Source of the DNA: a virus
Lineage: Duplodnaviria; Caudoviricetes
Strand: one strand, 5' to 3'
Length of the DNA stretch: 35,092 nt
Virus record (IMG/VR): IMGVR_UViG_3300011338_000225
Coordinates: 1 to 35,092 of that record
Shown: positions 1 through 9,261 of the stretch, piece after piece
How the letters are laid out: the number at the start of each line of letters is the position of its first letter
Position numbering within the stretch: position 1 is the first letter of the stretch
The notes under the pieces: generated by a model
Told to the model about the DNA's origin: nothing
The model's database searches: none
Seen by the model: only the letters and a program-made list of their open reading frames with translations
Program-made: the position numbers and the translations under genes

Positions 1-235
1 CCAGCCGCCGCCAAGCGAGACGCTAATTCCTGCTCGTATGGGTTCAACTTACTCGTAATTGGTGACACAGCTTTCGATATGGCTGAACCGATCAATGGGA
101 TGCCACCACCAATACCGGCACCTATTGCTGTACCAGTTCCAACATCCTGATCGCGGCCCGTTGCTTCTGCTGCGCCAAGTAATCCACCTTCTACCGCCCC
201 TAGCCCGACATTCTTCGCTACACCAGCTAATGTCG
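1..235. repeat. Terminal direct repeat, left copy (circular overlap)
   Basis: Identical to 34858-35092 except at positions 10, 132 and 225. Confidence 0.97.
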
Positions 236-755
236 CAGATGGGGAACCAAACCTAGCCAGTAATGATATCGGCTTCGCCACTACCCCTGTCGCTAATGCC
301 CCAGCGATATCCATTATTGGAGCCGCACTACCCAACTGGCCGCGGGCCTGTTCTGTCCGTTGCCGTTCAGCAGCGAGGTTTTGCTCATACTCGCCCGGAG
401 ACATTTGAGCCGCGAGTTTATCGGCAAAACCAAAAGTAGCAGCGTCGGCGAATGTCCGTGCCGCTACATCTGCCCCTCTGCCAACCGCTTTAACAGCGTT
501 TGTAATTTGCTCTTCGTATGTCAATGGTGGCGTAACAGGAGGGGCAGCCTCGGTGTACCCAGTGATATTCCCCATCACGTCCGTGGTGGGAACCTGTGGG
601 GCCATTGGCTGCGCCGGACCCGGGCCCGGAGCCGAAGCGGCCAACTGCCGGTCACGAAGCACTTTACCTACACGGGCCAACTGCTGCGCTTTCGCTGTAT
701 CCCCAGCCTTAACTGCCGCTCTAAGGTCAATCATAAGTTGGTCTAAGTCAGCCAT
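1..755 (-). CDS. 5' part of putative DNA ejection/injection protein; continues through the circular junction to 33864 (582 aa in total)
   Basis: ATG at 755 (MADLDQLMIDLR...), open to base 1 and in frame with ORF 33864-34952 via the terminal repeat; TFADAATFGFADKLAA motif and Gly/Ala-rich hydrophobic segments; last gene of virion operon. Confidence 0.75.
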   Translation of the reverse strand, partial: MADLDQLMIDLRAAVKAGDTAKAQQLARVGKVLRDRQLAASAPGPGPAQPMAPQVPTTDVMGNITGYTEAAPPVTPPLTYEEQITNAVKAVGRGADVAARTFADAATFGFADKLAAQMSPGEYEQNLAAERQRTEQARGQLGSAAPIMDIAGALATGVVAKPISLLARFGSPSATLAGVAKNVGLGAVEGGLLGAAEATGRDQDVGTGTAIGAGIGGGIPLIGSAISKAVSPITSKLNPYEQELASRLAAA

Positions 756-760
756 ATCAA

Positions 761-2302
761 TTAACCTCCATACTTTTTAAGTAATTCGTCATCTGTTAGA
801 TCCGCTGGTGCAGTCATGTCTTTAGCAGGAATAGCAACGCTAGCTTCGGGGTTGTTATCCTTGAAAATCTTTTCAAGGTCTTCTTTTGTTGCTCTACCTG
901 AGGTAATAGAATCTTTAATAGCGTTTATTGTCATCTTCAAATCGCGATACTTCGACTTGATAGTTTCCTCACTATCGGTAACTTTTGGAAGATAACGCGC
1001 AGCGTAATCATCGACTTCTGAAGCTGTTAAAGCGGCACCAGACAATGATCTGCGGATCGCTTCCTGACCTAGCTCAAATTGCCTATAAATATTGGCGGCT
1101 TCTCCGGTATTAGAAGCTAGCCCAAGTCTGAAAGTGTAGTTGTCATTGGCGAAGCTGCCATTTTTAATCGCCTCATCAATTTGTGGCGCACCTAGTACGT
1201 TGAACGTGTCAATGATACCAACTCTAGCAGCAAGGTCAGCTGGCAGCGTAGTAGCTGGACCGCCTTTAATTGCGGCTAACGTCATCTTCCCGTCAAGGCC
1301 AACAACCCATTCATAACCAGTAGGCGCTTTAGTGTCGCCAACATTGATAGTTGTTCCACCAGACAAAATCTTTGGCCCAGTCTTCGTCATCACAGCCGGT
1401 ACGTCAGGCTGTATTTTATACATAATCCGTTCGGCGTCAGTAATAGGTCTGTCTTGTTGCTCTGCTGGACCTTCGGTGATCGTCTCTCCGGTCGCTGAAA
1501 CAAGTCTCTGGCCCGGCGATAGTGTAACGTTTTTTGGTTCAGCCGCTGCTGCGTAGATAACCTTACCAGTCGCTTTGTCGATCACAGTACTACCAGCAGG
1601 GACAGTAACGGATTCAGCTGCAGCAGGAGCCATAGCTTTAAGGCTAGCTGAAAGTTCTCCAGCCTCTTTAATGTACCCTTGACTGATCAGTTTTGGGATC
1701 ACTTCACTATATTGCTCAATCAATTTCGCTTGAGGTTTATTCTGGCCAAATAAAGTTTGTGCCTTCGCAGTTGGCCCACCCCCACCACTAGAAAGCGCCT
1801 CGTCTCGAGATACGGTCGTCGATATCTTCGAAAGCGCCTCGCGCATAGCTCTTTCACCCGGAGAAACGTTAATTGCAGCGGTAGCCCGATTAGAGGCAAT
1901 CGTCTGCAACTGTGTTGGCGTAAGGTTTTTGATCACGTCAGCCGTCGTGCCAAGCTCTGCCGCAACACCTTCTGGGTCACTCTTAACACGTTCAGAAAAC
2001 GACCTCATCCGCTGCATCTCGGCCATCTTCTGCTCGTTCTCCGCACCGAGCAGGCGTCGCTGTGCCGCGTTGTAGATGTCGGTCTGGGCACCACCGAAAG
2101 CCGGGCCAAGCTGCCCGAGTAGCTGCGCACGCTGCGAGCCACTCATCGGCTGACCGGCAGCCAATAGCAGGCCGGACACGTTGCCGAGCGTGTTCAGCGC
2201 AGCCTGCCGCACGTCGCCCTTCGCTACGCCGTAGCGTGGGTCGATTGCGTTCGGGTCTGCGTACTCGCCGCCGCCAGTGAAGAAGTCGAGAAGCCCTGCC
2301 AT
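761..2302 (-). CDS. Putative internal virion/ejection protein
   Basis: 513 aa, GGAG RBS, MAGLLDFF start, Ala/Gly/Gln-rich helical character, located in the ejection-gene block. Confidence 0.65.
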   Translation of the reverse strand: MAGLLDFFTGGGEYADPNAIDPRYGVAKGDVRQAALNTLGNVSGLLLAAGQPMSGSQRAQLLGQLGPAFGGAQTDIYNAAQRRLLGAENEQKMAEMQRMRSFSERVKSDPEGVAAELGTTADVIKNLTPTQLQTIASNRATAAINVSPGERAMREALSKISTTVSRDEALSSGGGGPTAKAQTLFGQNKPQAKLIEQYSEVIPKLISQGYIKEAGELSASLKAMAPAAAESVTVPAGSTVIDKATGKVIYAAAAEPKNVTLSPGQRLVSATGETITEGPAEQQDRPITDAERIMYKIQPDVPAVMTKTGPKILSGGTTINVGDTKAPTGYEWVVGLDGKMTLAAIKGGPATTLPADLAARVGIIDTFNVLGAPQIDEAIKNGSFANDNYTFRLGLASNTGEAANIYRQFELGQEAIRRSLSGAALTASEVDDYAARYLPKVTDSEETIKSKYRDLKMTINAIKDSITSGRATKEDLEKIFKDNNPEASVAIPAKDMTAPADLTDDELLKKYGG

Positions 2303-2312
2303 TTAGTTCTCC

Positions 2313-3110
2313 TTAAAGCAGTCCGCGAGGATATTGTAGCACCGGAGGCTTGCGCCTCTGGAAATCGAATTGCCGCAGCAGCTGTACCGGATCTTGCGGT
2401 GCCGATAACGCCGCGAGCTGCGCGAATGCCTTACCGGCGCTGGCGATCTGGCCCTGCTGCACCTTAGACGCGGCCTGCTGCTCCGGCGTTAACGGTGTCG
2501 GGGCCGTGACAGACCCCGGCGCGATCTTGCTACCGATCAGGCGCATCGTCGTGCCAATGTCCTGCGCGTATACGGGTGCCGGTTGCGTTGGCGTTGATGG
2601 TTGAGCTGATGCAAACTGTGTCTGCGGTATCACAGTGCGAGACGGGATCGACTGCTGGTAATACTCTGGCTTCTCGCCTGCGCTCGCATACTGCGACGCC
2701 GGTGCTGCGGCTTGGTATGCCGTGGTTGCCTTGCTAGGGTTATCCTTCAAGCCCGTCCATGTCGGTGAAAGCGCACCAAGTATGCGTGACGATAGACCCT
2801 CAGCCTGAAGGTCTGCCACCAAGTCCCTGTTTGTCCGTGCCTTGTAATCCTGCACCGCCAAGCGAGCGGCCATCTCGTCCTGCGCCTCTGGCGTGAACGA
2901 ACCGCCACCGAGCCTGTCGTATGTCGTAGCCGTGATCTGATACTTCCCCGCAGCCGATGACGGGCCTGCTGGGCCGGGTTCGAATATGCGTGGGTGCTGA
3001 CCATAGCCAGAGAACTCAGCGCCGCCCTTCGGCGTGTAGCGCACGTTGTAGCGGCCACCGCTCTCCGGTGCCGCGATAGCTTCGAGCAGGCGCTTGAGTA
3101 TTGGGTCCAT
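2313..3110 (-). CDS. Virion-associated lambda-lysozyme-like muramidase/transglycosylase with Pro/Gln-rich C-terminus
   Basis: LLEAIAAPESGGRYN...SAAGKYQIT...F.PEAQD motifs; TGATG coupling to upstream gene. Confidence 0.8.
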   Translation of the reverse strand: MDPILKRLLEAIAAPESGGRYNVRYTPKGGAEFSGYGQHPRIFEPGPAGPSSAAGKYQITATTYDRLGGGSFTPEAQDEMAARLAVQDYKARTNRDLVADLQAEGLSSRILGALSPTWTGLKDNPSKATTAYQAAAPASQYASAGEKPEYYQQSIPSRTVIPQTQFASAQPSTPTQPAPVYAQDIGTTMRLIGSKIAPGSVTAPTPLTPEQQAASKVQQGQIASAGKAFAQLAALSAPQDPVQLLRQFDFQRRKPPVLQYPRGLL

Positions 3111-3625
3111 CACTGACCACCCCGGTAATAGCGCAGGAAGTCTTCATAGCTGATCGGTGCCGTGAGGGGCGTCTGCGTCTGCATTGACGGGCCGAGGATG
3201 CCGGACGGCATAGACGGCTGCGGTGCCGCAAGAAGCGACTGCTGCACCATCTGGCCAACATCCATCTGCGAGGGGGCAGACTGCGGTCCCATAGTGTTCG
3301 CATACCCGAGCGGGATCGCGTTATAGAATGGCATATAGCTTGTCGCGGGTGCCGTCGGAACGTACTGCGTGACGTCGAACTCCTTCATCAGCTCGTCGAT
3401 CGTCTTCGGCTTGGCTTTAGCAGTTCCCTGACCGGCTCCCTGACCGCCCATGCGCTGCGTCTGAGAGCCATCACGACCGCCGTACTGGCCGCGATACTCG
3501 GACTGGCTTAGGTTGCCGTATGGCCCATACGAGAACCCACCGTCTCCACGCTCTGCGGCCATCCCTGCGGCGCGATCTGATGACCCGCCACCGAACATCG
3601 ACCCGATACTTTCCATGATACCCAT
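3110..3625 (-). CDS. Hypothetical virion protein
   Basis: AAGGAG RBS before ATG at 3625 (MGIMESIGSMFGGG); low-complexity Gly/Pro/Gln sequence. Confidence 0.65.
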   Translation of the reverse strand: MGIMESIGSMFGGGSSDRAAGMAAERGDGGFSYGPYGNLSQSEYRGQYGGRDGSQTQRMGGQGAGQGTAKAKPKTIDELMKEFDVTQYVPTAPATSYMPFYNAIPLGYANTMGPQSAPSQMDVGQMVQQSLLAAPQPSMPSGILGPSMQTQTPLTAPISYEDFLRYYRGGQ

Positions 3626-3635
3626 CGTCGTCTCC

Positions 3636-4751
3636 TTATGCCGCAAAGGCGCGGCGCATTGGCCCAAACCCGAGATTGACGGCCTTGCGACCACCGACGT
3701 CCTTCACCTGATCGGGATACTTCTTCTCAATATCCTGAGCCATCGGTCCGACTACTTTCGGGTATGACTTTGGGTCGCCCTTGTACCGGTATGCGTACAG
3801 GTCAAGCCCCGTCTCCTTGTCTTTGCCCATCTTTGTGATGTCAGTCTTCATATTCTCATCGGACGCACCAAACAGCATCGGAGCCAAATTAGCCAACCCA
3901 GTAGCAGCCGTACCGAACCCGCCAAGAGCCGACATCCACGGAGATCCGCCGCCAGCGGTTGACTGCGTCGTCGTCCCGACGCCCGGCACGGCAGACGTCG
4001 CCCCGATACGTAGATTGAGCATATCGATAGGGTAGTTCCGCTCGGCTTGGTATCTCTGGTATGCGTCATTGAGAAGCGCCTGCTGCTGCGCCTGCTGCGA
4101 CTTGCCGATGTTCTCAAGAGCCGCCGCATCCGCGTAGAGTGCGCGTTGACCGGCACCGGCAATGTCGGACAACTGCCCACCAGCCTGAAGCCGAAGCTGC
4201 TGCCCCTGAAGTGCGCGGTTCATGTCGGACTGCATCAAGTTTGCCGCCGTGTCGTAACCCTGAGAGCGTATCTTTGCGCTGAGATCGCCTGCCTGCCGCG
4301 CAGTCTCGACGTTCGACAACGCCTCAGAGATACCCTGACGCGAACCGCCGAACGCTCCGGCTGTGCGTGCGCTCTGAGCGATGCCCTGCTGCGCCCTGAG
4401 CCGCTGCGCTTCCAGACCGCCCAAAGCGTTGGCCTCGACGTTCTGAAGGTATGGGTTCATGTAGGCACCGATGTCGCCTCCCGTGAACGTGCCGGGTTGG
4501 TACCCCGCGACCGAAGCCGTAGTACCGAGAGCTGCGCCATACGCTGGCTGATACGCTCCGACGTTCTCGCGTGTCATGTTGTACGACGCGATCTGGTCTG
4601 GCGACAGACCGGCAGTGGTCTGGCCACCGTACTGCTCGAACGGTCGCTTGGCGATTGCGTCCGCGATTGCGATGTTCTCCCGCGTCGGCTGCTCCAGCCA
4701 CGCTGGCAGTTCCTGCCTCGACGTCGTTACTTGCGGACTACCACCACCCAT
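3636..4751 (-). CDS. Ejection protein (P22 gp7-like position) with C-terminal peptidase S74 intramolecular chaperone domain
   Basis: MGGGSPQVTT start, AGAFGGSRQ motif, Gln/Ala-rich; C-terminal SDENMKTDI...LYAYRYK...GPMAQDIEKKYPDQV signature. Confidence 0.8.
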   Translation of the reverse strand: MGGGSPQVTTSRQELPAWLEQPTRENIAIADAIAKRPFEQYGGQTTAGLSPDQIASYNMTRENVGAYQPAYGAALGTTASVAGYQPGTFTGGDIGAYMNPYLQNVEANALGGLEAQRLRAQQGIAQSARTAGAFGGSRQGISEALSNVETARQAGDLSAKIRSQGYDTAANLMQSDMNRALQGQQLRLQAGGQLSDIAGAGQRALYADAAALENIGKSQQAQQQALLNDAYQRYQAERNYPIDMLNLRIGATSAVPGVGTTTQSTAGGGSPWMSALGGFGTAATGLANLAPMLFGASDENMKTDITKMGKDKETGLDLYAYRYKGDPKSYPKVVGPMAQDIEKKYPDQVKDVGGRKAVNLGFGPMRRAFAA

Positions 4752-4756
4752 GTCTC

Positions 4757-5119
4757 TTACTCCATCTCAAACGTCATAACGGTCTGCACCGTCTTCCAAC
4801 CAGCCGCCTGAAGCGGCTTAACCAATCCGTGCCTCACATACGCCCGACCGTAGTCGCACCCGTGTCTCTTTGCTAGATCGAGCAGCTCAGGCCGCAGTGC
4901 CATGACGCTGTCGAGGTTACCGGCACACATGAACACGTCGATGACGCGCCTCCGTGGGTATTCACCAATCTGGGTGACGATGACGGCACCGTCGTTCCAG
5001 ATCGCCTGCATCGTACCCTCACGCAGACACTGGATTACGTCATCCAGATCGTGCGTCGATCCGCTTCTAGCTAGGCCGCGCTCCATAAGCGCGATGATTT
5101 TGTCTTCACCTAATTCCAA
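4757..5119 (-). CDS. Small GNAT-like protein (P22 gp14-like position); start uncertain
   Basis: IVTQIGEYPRRRVIDVFMCAG...AKRHGC..GRAYVRHG pattern; between nozzle and ejection genes. Confidence 0.6.
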   Translation of the reverse strand: MELGEDKIIALMERGLARSGSTHDLDDVIQCLREGTMQAIWNDGAVIVTQIGEYPRRRVIDVFMCAGNLDSVMALRPELLDLAKRHGCDYGRAYVRHGLVKPLQAAGWKTVQTVMTFEME

Positions 5120-5321
5120 GCGGCACCGCCGTCGCCGTAATCGCACCGGCATTGCTAACCGTAATCCGAAACACCGAGCCATCCGGTGACTGCAGCATGA
5201 TACCACCAACTGCCTGCGTAGGCGAGATGGCCTCGCCCATGGCCTGCTTGATGCTCTCGAAAGCTGAAGCCATGTTCGATGCGTTGTACTTTTCCTGTGG
5301 CGTGGGAATGTTGAACTTCAT
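5106..5321 (-). CDS. Small tail-associated protein (71 aa)
   Basis: ATG at 5321 overlaps the nozzle-gene stop (ATGA); LQSPDGSVFRITVSNAGAIT motif seen in small tail proteins. Confidence 0.65.
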   Translation of the reverse strand: MKFNIPTPQEKYNASNMASAFESIKQAMGEAISPTQAVGGIMLQSPDGSVFRITVSNAGAITATAVPLGIR

Positions 5322-7276
5322 CTCTTGCCTCTTGGCGTCAGGTCTAGGCGGATGTCCCCGACTGACCACGGCGCATCCTGCGTCGCCTCTACCCGGTATC
5401 GTATCTCTCTTCCAGTGACGCGGATGTCCGTGTAGCCGCTTGATCGTGGCGTGTACGGGCCAGCGGTAGTCTCTGCGGCTTCGGGTGTCGTGGAGGCGAA
5501 GAACGTCAGCTCGGTCGATGCGTAGCCGTAGCCGGAATCCGTTATCGCCTGCTTCACCGTCATCAAGTTCTCGCCGTTCGCCAAGTTCAGCGATCCCGTC
5601 TCGGCGTACCGGTAGCCGATTAGAGGGACACCGGCAGCGGTCCAACCGTCTTCGTGATAGTACAGGTATTTGCTCTCGTCCGACGCTATTGGGTGAGAGA
5701 ACACGCCAGACGGTGCCGCAGCCGTCCGCGTCATCTCACCGAGCGCCCACCAGCCCTCCATATAGTTGTAGCAGACGTACTGGTCAGGCACAGCTGATCC
5801 GGTTGACGGATACCAGAACCACACCTCGTTGAACGTGCCATTGTCAGACCCGTTCGTGTATAGAAGCCCCGTAGCCGGGTCGATGTTCTGCAACACATAC
5901 TCGCCGACGTCAGACGGGAGAGGCTTGACGTAGCCGCCGTCGTAAATCCAGAAGCCATTCTTCGATAGCCAGATGCATCGACCGGCGAAGGTCGCGAACG
6001 ACTTGGGCGCGATCAACCCGCACCCGAAGCCGATCCGCTCAAAGCCGTAGATGTACGGCAGGCCGACGTACTTCATCAGCCACGCCTCAGTCTCCGTGAA
6101 TATAAGTACACCCTCGCGCACTGGGACGGCCATGATTATTTCGGACTGCGTGTCGAGGTCGTAGAACCCGGCTGTCGTCGTCGCCGACGCGAAGTTCCAT
6201 TCCGTGTAGTCTTCCTGATTGGACCATCCAACGCGGCGTGGTTCACCACCGCAACCGAAGAGTGCGGCATAACGCTCGGCTGTGACGATGACGCCGCGAT
6301 TATTTATCGGGACCATCGGGTGCGTCACGGTTCCGCCTGACGATGTAGCGTTTGGCGTTGAGTGTGAGAACGTGAATGTAGTCGTTGTCGGGACGGTTGT
6401 AACGGTCCACGATCCATTGAAGAGTGTATTGGTGACGCCTGCGACGGTGACAGTATCGCCGACGCGGAAGTCGTGGTCTTGCGCCGTCGTGATCGTTGAG
6501 ACGTTTGTCGCTGACACGGCTGACGTGATTGTGCTGAAGCCGACCTGTTGAGCGACACCGCTGCCGTACTCCCAGTGCAGCAGGCGACCGTCAGACGATG
6601 CTACGGCAAGGATGTCCTCACCCCAGTTATCAATCGTCCACGTAAAATTCGATCCGTAGAACGTGTTTAGCGGCCTGCGATCTGCGACTGGTAACGACGA
6701 CGTGCCGCCAGATGATGTCGCGTCGGCCGCCGTCTGTGCATACGTAAATGTCGTCGTGGTCGGGACGGACGCGATGGTGAACGTGCCATCGAATGTCGAC
6801 GTGGTGACGCCAGCAATCAATACGCTCATGCCGACGGGGTATCCGTGTGGCGTTGTCCCTGTCGTAATCGTCACGACGTTTGTCGATCTCACGGCACTTG
6901 TAATGGCGTATGACGCATAGTCTAGCCCGTAGAGCAACTCGCCGAAGTCACCGGCACCATAGCCGCCATACAGGCCAGTCTCAGCGCTGACGTAGTTCGC
7001 TGGCGTGATGTTGGTGTATGTCGCGCCCTCCTGAACGTACAGGTCATCATCGCACCCCAGTGCCGCCAACTTTACGCCATTATTCAACGTCCACGGAAAG
7101 ATCGTGCGGATGGTGCTGTCGAGGGGCGTCGAGTTGATGCGCTGCCAACCGCCGACCGGCAGCAGCTTGTTGCTCTGCCACCTAACGAGGTTGGAATCCC
7201 AATAGCGTCCCTTGGCCTGCAACGGTGTCGCTGGCTTGATTACTCCGGGCGGGACGGGTATCGGTACAAGCGGCAT
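5318..7276 (-). CDS. Tail nozzle/DNA stabilisation protein (P22 gp10-like) with two inserted Thr-rich domains
   Basis: 652 aa, beta-propeller-type motifs (WTIDNWGEDILA, RRVGWSNQEDYTEW, GCGLIAPKS, NEVWFWYPS), position in tail module. Confidence 0.75.
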   Translation of the reverse strand: MPLVPIPVPPGVIKPATPLQAKGRYWDSNLVRWQSNKLLPVGGWQRINSTPLDSTIRTIFPWTLNNGVKLAALGCDDDLYVQEGATYTNITPANYVSAETGLYGGYGAGDFGELLYGLDYASYAITSAVRSTNVVTITTGTTPHGYPVGMSVLIAGVTTSTFDGTFTIASVPTTTTFTYAQTAADATSSGGTSSLPVADRRPLNTFYGSNFTWTIDNWGEDILAVASSDGRLLHWEYGSGVAQQVGFSTITSAVSATNVSTITTAQDHDFRVGDTVTVAGVTNTLFNGSWTVTTVPTTTTFTFSHSTPNATSSGGTVTHPMVPINNRGVIVTAERYAALFGCGGEPRRVGWSNQEDYTEWNFASATTTAGFYDLDTQSEIIMAVPVREGVLIFTETEAWLMKYVGLPYIYGFERIGFGCGLIAPKSFATFAGRCIWLSKNGFWIYDGGYVKPLPSDVGEYVLQNIDPATGLLYTNGSDNGTFNEVWFWYPSTGSAVPDQYVCYNYMEGWWALGEMTRTAAAPSGVFSHPIASDESKYLYYHEDGWTAAGVPLIGYRYAETGSLNLANGENLMTVKQAITDSGYGYASTELTFFASTTPEAAETTAGPYTPRSSGYTDIRVTGREIRYRVEATQDAPWSVGDIRLDLTPRGKR

Positions 7277-7800
7277 TATGCAACCCCTGATCGAGCGAGT
7301 TCTGATGCCGCGGACTGTACCTCATTTACGCGTCTGGTCCAACCCTTGCCGAACGTGTCGAACGTCGATAGGCGCTGGAGGAAGTCGAGGCGTGCGCTTG
7401 AGATTAGCTTGACGACGTGGTCTGGCGGGTGCTGGGCCACGGCTGCGAGCGTACCCTTGCCGATCATGCCGTCAGCGGTCGCGCCAACGGCCTCCTGCAA
7501 CATCTTGGACGCACGGCCAACGCCTGAGTTAACCGCGAGATCGTATACGGCGTAGTCGACGCCATCCGGCAGATCGTCGCCCTTGATCTTGTCCCAGTAC
7601 TGTCGCTTGTAGAACGGCTTCACGATCTCCGGTGTCAGAGCACGCATCTCGGTCTCATCGACCGGCTTCTCGATGTAGGCTTCCCATGCCTTCTTCGTTA
7701 CGCCTAAATTTGTCATGCCTCCGGGGTCTTTGGGGTGATTCACAAATTTCCCCTCATGCTTCAGTACCGCGGCGAACGCCTTCTCCCAATTCGCAATCAT
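7276..7800 (-). CDS. Endolysin, glycoside hydrolase family 108 with peptidoglycan-binding C-terminus
   Basis: VLKHEGKFVNHPKDPGGMTNLGVT, FYKRQYWD, DLAVNSG, FGKGWTRR; ATG at 7800 coupled to holin stop. Confidence 0.93.
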   Translation of the reverse strand: MIANWEKAFAAVLKHEGKFVNHPKDPGGMTNLGVTKKAWEAYIEKPVDETEMRALTPEIVKPFYKRQYWDKIKGDDLPDGVDYAVYDLAVNSGVGRASKMLQEAVGATADGMIGKGTLAAVAQHPPDHVVKLISSARLDFLQRLSTFDTFGKGWTRRVNEVQSAASELARSGVA

Positions 7801-8330
7801 TTCTCTGCCTTTGGTGTCGAGTTGTAGATCATCTTGTCCTTGGCTGTGTCCGAAGCCGAAGCCCCGAAGTAGAATGCCATCACGCCAGACCACCCGGCGG
7901 TGAGGGTGCCGAGAAGCATGAGAAGGATTTCGCTGCCGTTCATCGGCAGGCCGCCAACCAGAACCCAGCCGATGATGCCGAAGTAACCTGCGGTAATGAG
8001 GATCGCCAACGCTCTCGGGAGCCAGTCGCGTGTCTCGCGCTGCATCTCACGGGCAGACTTGCGGTCGTCGACAGCGAGCTTCGCGAGATCGACGTCGAGC
8101 GCCTTCATCTGCGTTTTCAGGTCGGCGTCAATCTTTTTGATTACCGCCATCTGCTCAGGCGTTGCCGTAGCCATTGCCGCCATCACGTCGGTTTCTGAGC
8201 CGTCCTCATTGCCGAGGAGCGCCTGCGACAGGGCTTTAACGCCGAGGCCAGCCAGTGGGCCTCCCAGAGCCGTGGCAATGCTTGGCGCGATAGAGCCGAG
8301 CAGTGGCCCGAACTGTTTTAGCAAGTCCAT
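7797..8330 (-). CDS. Holin-like membrane protein (GTA 3TM holin type)
   Basis: APSIATALGGPLAG start, DRKSAREMQ, two C-terminal hydrophobic helices ending FYFG.S; directly upstream of endolysin. Confidence 0.75.
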   Translation of the reverse strand: MDLLKQFGPLLGSIAPSIATALGGPLAGLGVKALSQALLGNEDGSETDVMAAMATATPEQMAVIKKIDADLKTQMKALDVDLAKLAVDDRKSAREMQRETRDWLPRALAILITAGYFGIIGWVLVGGLPMNGSEILLMLLGTLTAGWSGVMAFYFGASASDTAKDKMIYNSTPKAEK

Positions 8331-8339
8331 CCCGATCTC

Positions 8340-8810
8340 CTACTTGTGAGTGAACACCACCATCGCGATCCCGACTGCGACGGCAAATAATATAACGGCA
8401 CCGATGAGCCACGCGCCCATGATGAGGTCTTTGCGGTTCTCTTCAGCTTCGAGCTGCGCGGCAGCGGCCTCGCGTGCAGCCTGCTTGCGCATCTCCGTCA
8501 CCTCTTTCTGGATACTCGTCCACGCAGCGATCCCGTAGGCTCCGACGAACAGGTTCCGCGTCTCAAGCTGGAGTTGCTGCGCCTTCTGCTTCAGCGTGTA
8601 CAGCTTGATCGCCTCGGCCTCAAACTCGGCTTGGCTCTGGAAGAGCTTTTTCTTGCGCTTGCCGGACGTGAGTTGCGTGATCTGGGCGATACGACCGAAG
8701 AGCGTGCCGACCCTATCGGCAACGTCGAGCATCTCATGGCCACCGTCGACGGCGCTCTTGATGCCGTTATATAGGGCTGTCGCTCCGGCGATGAGGGTGA
8801 ACGGGTCCAA
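8340..8810 (-). CDS. Hypothetical membrane-anchored protein in lysis region
   Basis: 156 aa, coiled-coil centre, C-terminal hydrophobic helix. Confidence 0.7.
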   Translation of the reverse strand: MDPFTLIAGATALYNGIKSAVDGGHEMLDVADRVGTLFGRIAQITQLTSGKRKKKLFQSQAEFEAEAIKLYTLKQKAQQLQLETRNLFVGAYGIAAWTSIQKEVTEMRKQAAREAAAAQLEAEENRKDLIMGAWLIGAVILFAVAVGIAMVVFTHK

Positions 8811-9044
8811 TCACTTATCCGCCTTATTCTCTAGCCGGTCGAATATCTGGCGGCAGATGTCCTTCAGCTCCTTCACGCCCTCCTGAAACTCATCCTTGCG
8901 GATGTAGTTTGACGGGAGCGCGATCTCGATTGAGTGCAAGTCCTTACGCAATTCCTTCACCGCTCCCCACAATTCGCGAGCGAGCCACCCCATACCGGCG
9001 ATGATGATCCCTGCGGAGATGTTGATGAGGGTTTGCGTGTCCAT
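8811..9044 (-). CDS. Small membrane protein in lysis region
   Basis: 77 aa, N-terminal hydrophobic helix then coiled coil. Confidence 0.7.
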   Translation of the reverse strand: MDTQTLINISAGIIIAGMGWLARELWGAVKELRKDLHSIEIALPSNYIRKDEFQEGVKELKDICRQIFDRLENKADK

Positions 9045-9045
9045 G

Positions 9046-9261
9046 TCAGGCCTCGGCGGCTGGGATTACGACTTCCTCTTGCGGAGGATTAGGGTCTGTG
9101 AACTCGCCTGTTGCAGGGTCGTATATCCAACCTATTCTGACTGGAAAGTCATCGTCTATACCTACCAATCTTGTTCCTTCATACGCAGGGTCAATAGATG
9201 GATCAGCAAGAATTACATTAATGACAGCGTTGTCAGATAAAGACACTACAGCACATTTCAT
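9046..9261 (-). CDS. Small protein downstream of tail fibre (possible fibre chaperone/tip)
   Basis: 71 aa, VINVI...IGWIYD...F pattern, overlaps fibre stop. Confidence 0.65.
   Translation of the reverse strand: MKCAVVSLSDNAVINVILADPSIDPAYEGTRLVGIDDDFPVRIGWIYDPATGEFTDPNPPQEEVVIPAAEA

Noticed and set aside
5322-5645. N-terminal extensions in the ORF track (also at 3626-3694, 7801-7893, 17480-17518, 18036-18224)
   Set aside because: They overlap upstream genes; downstream starts with RBS or stop-start coupling fit better
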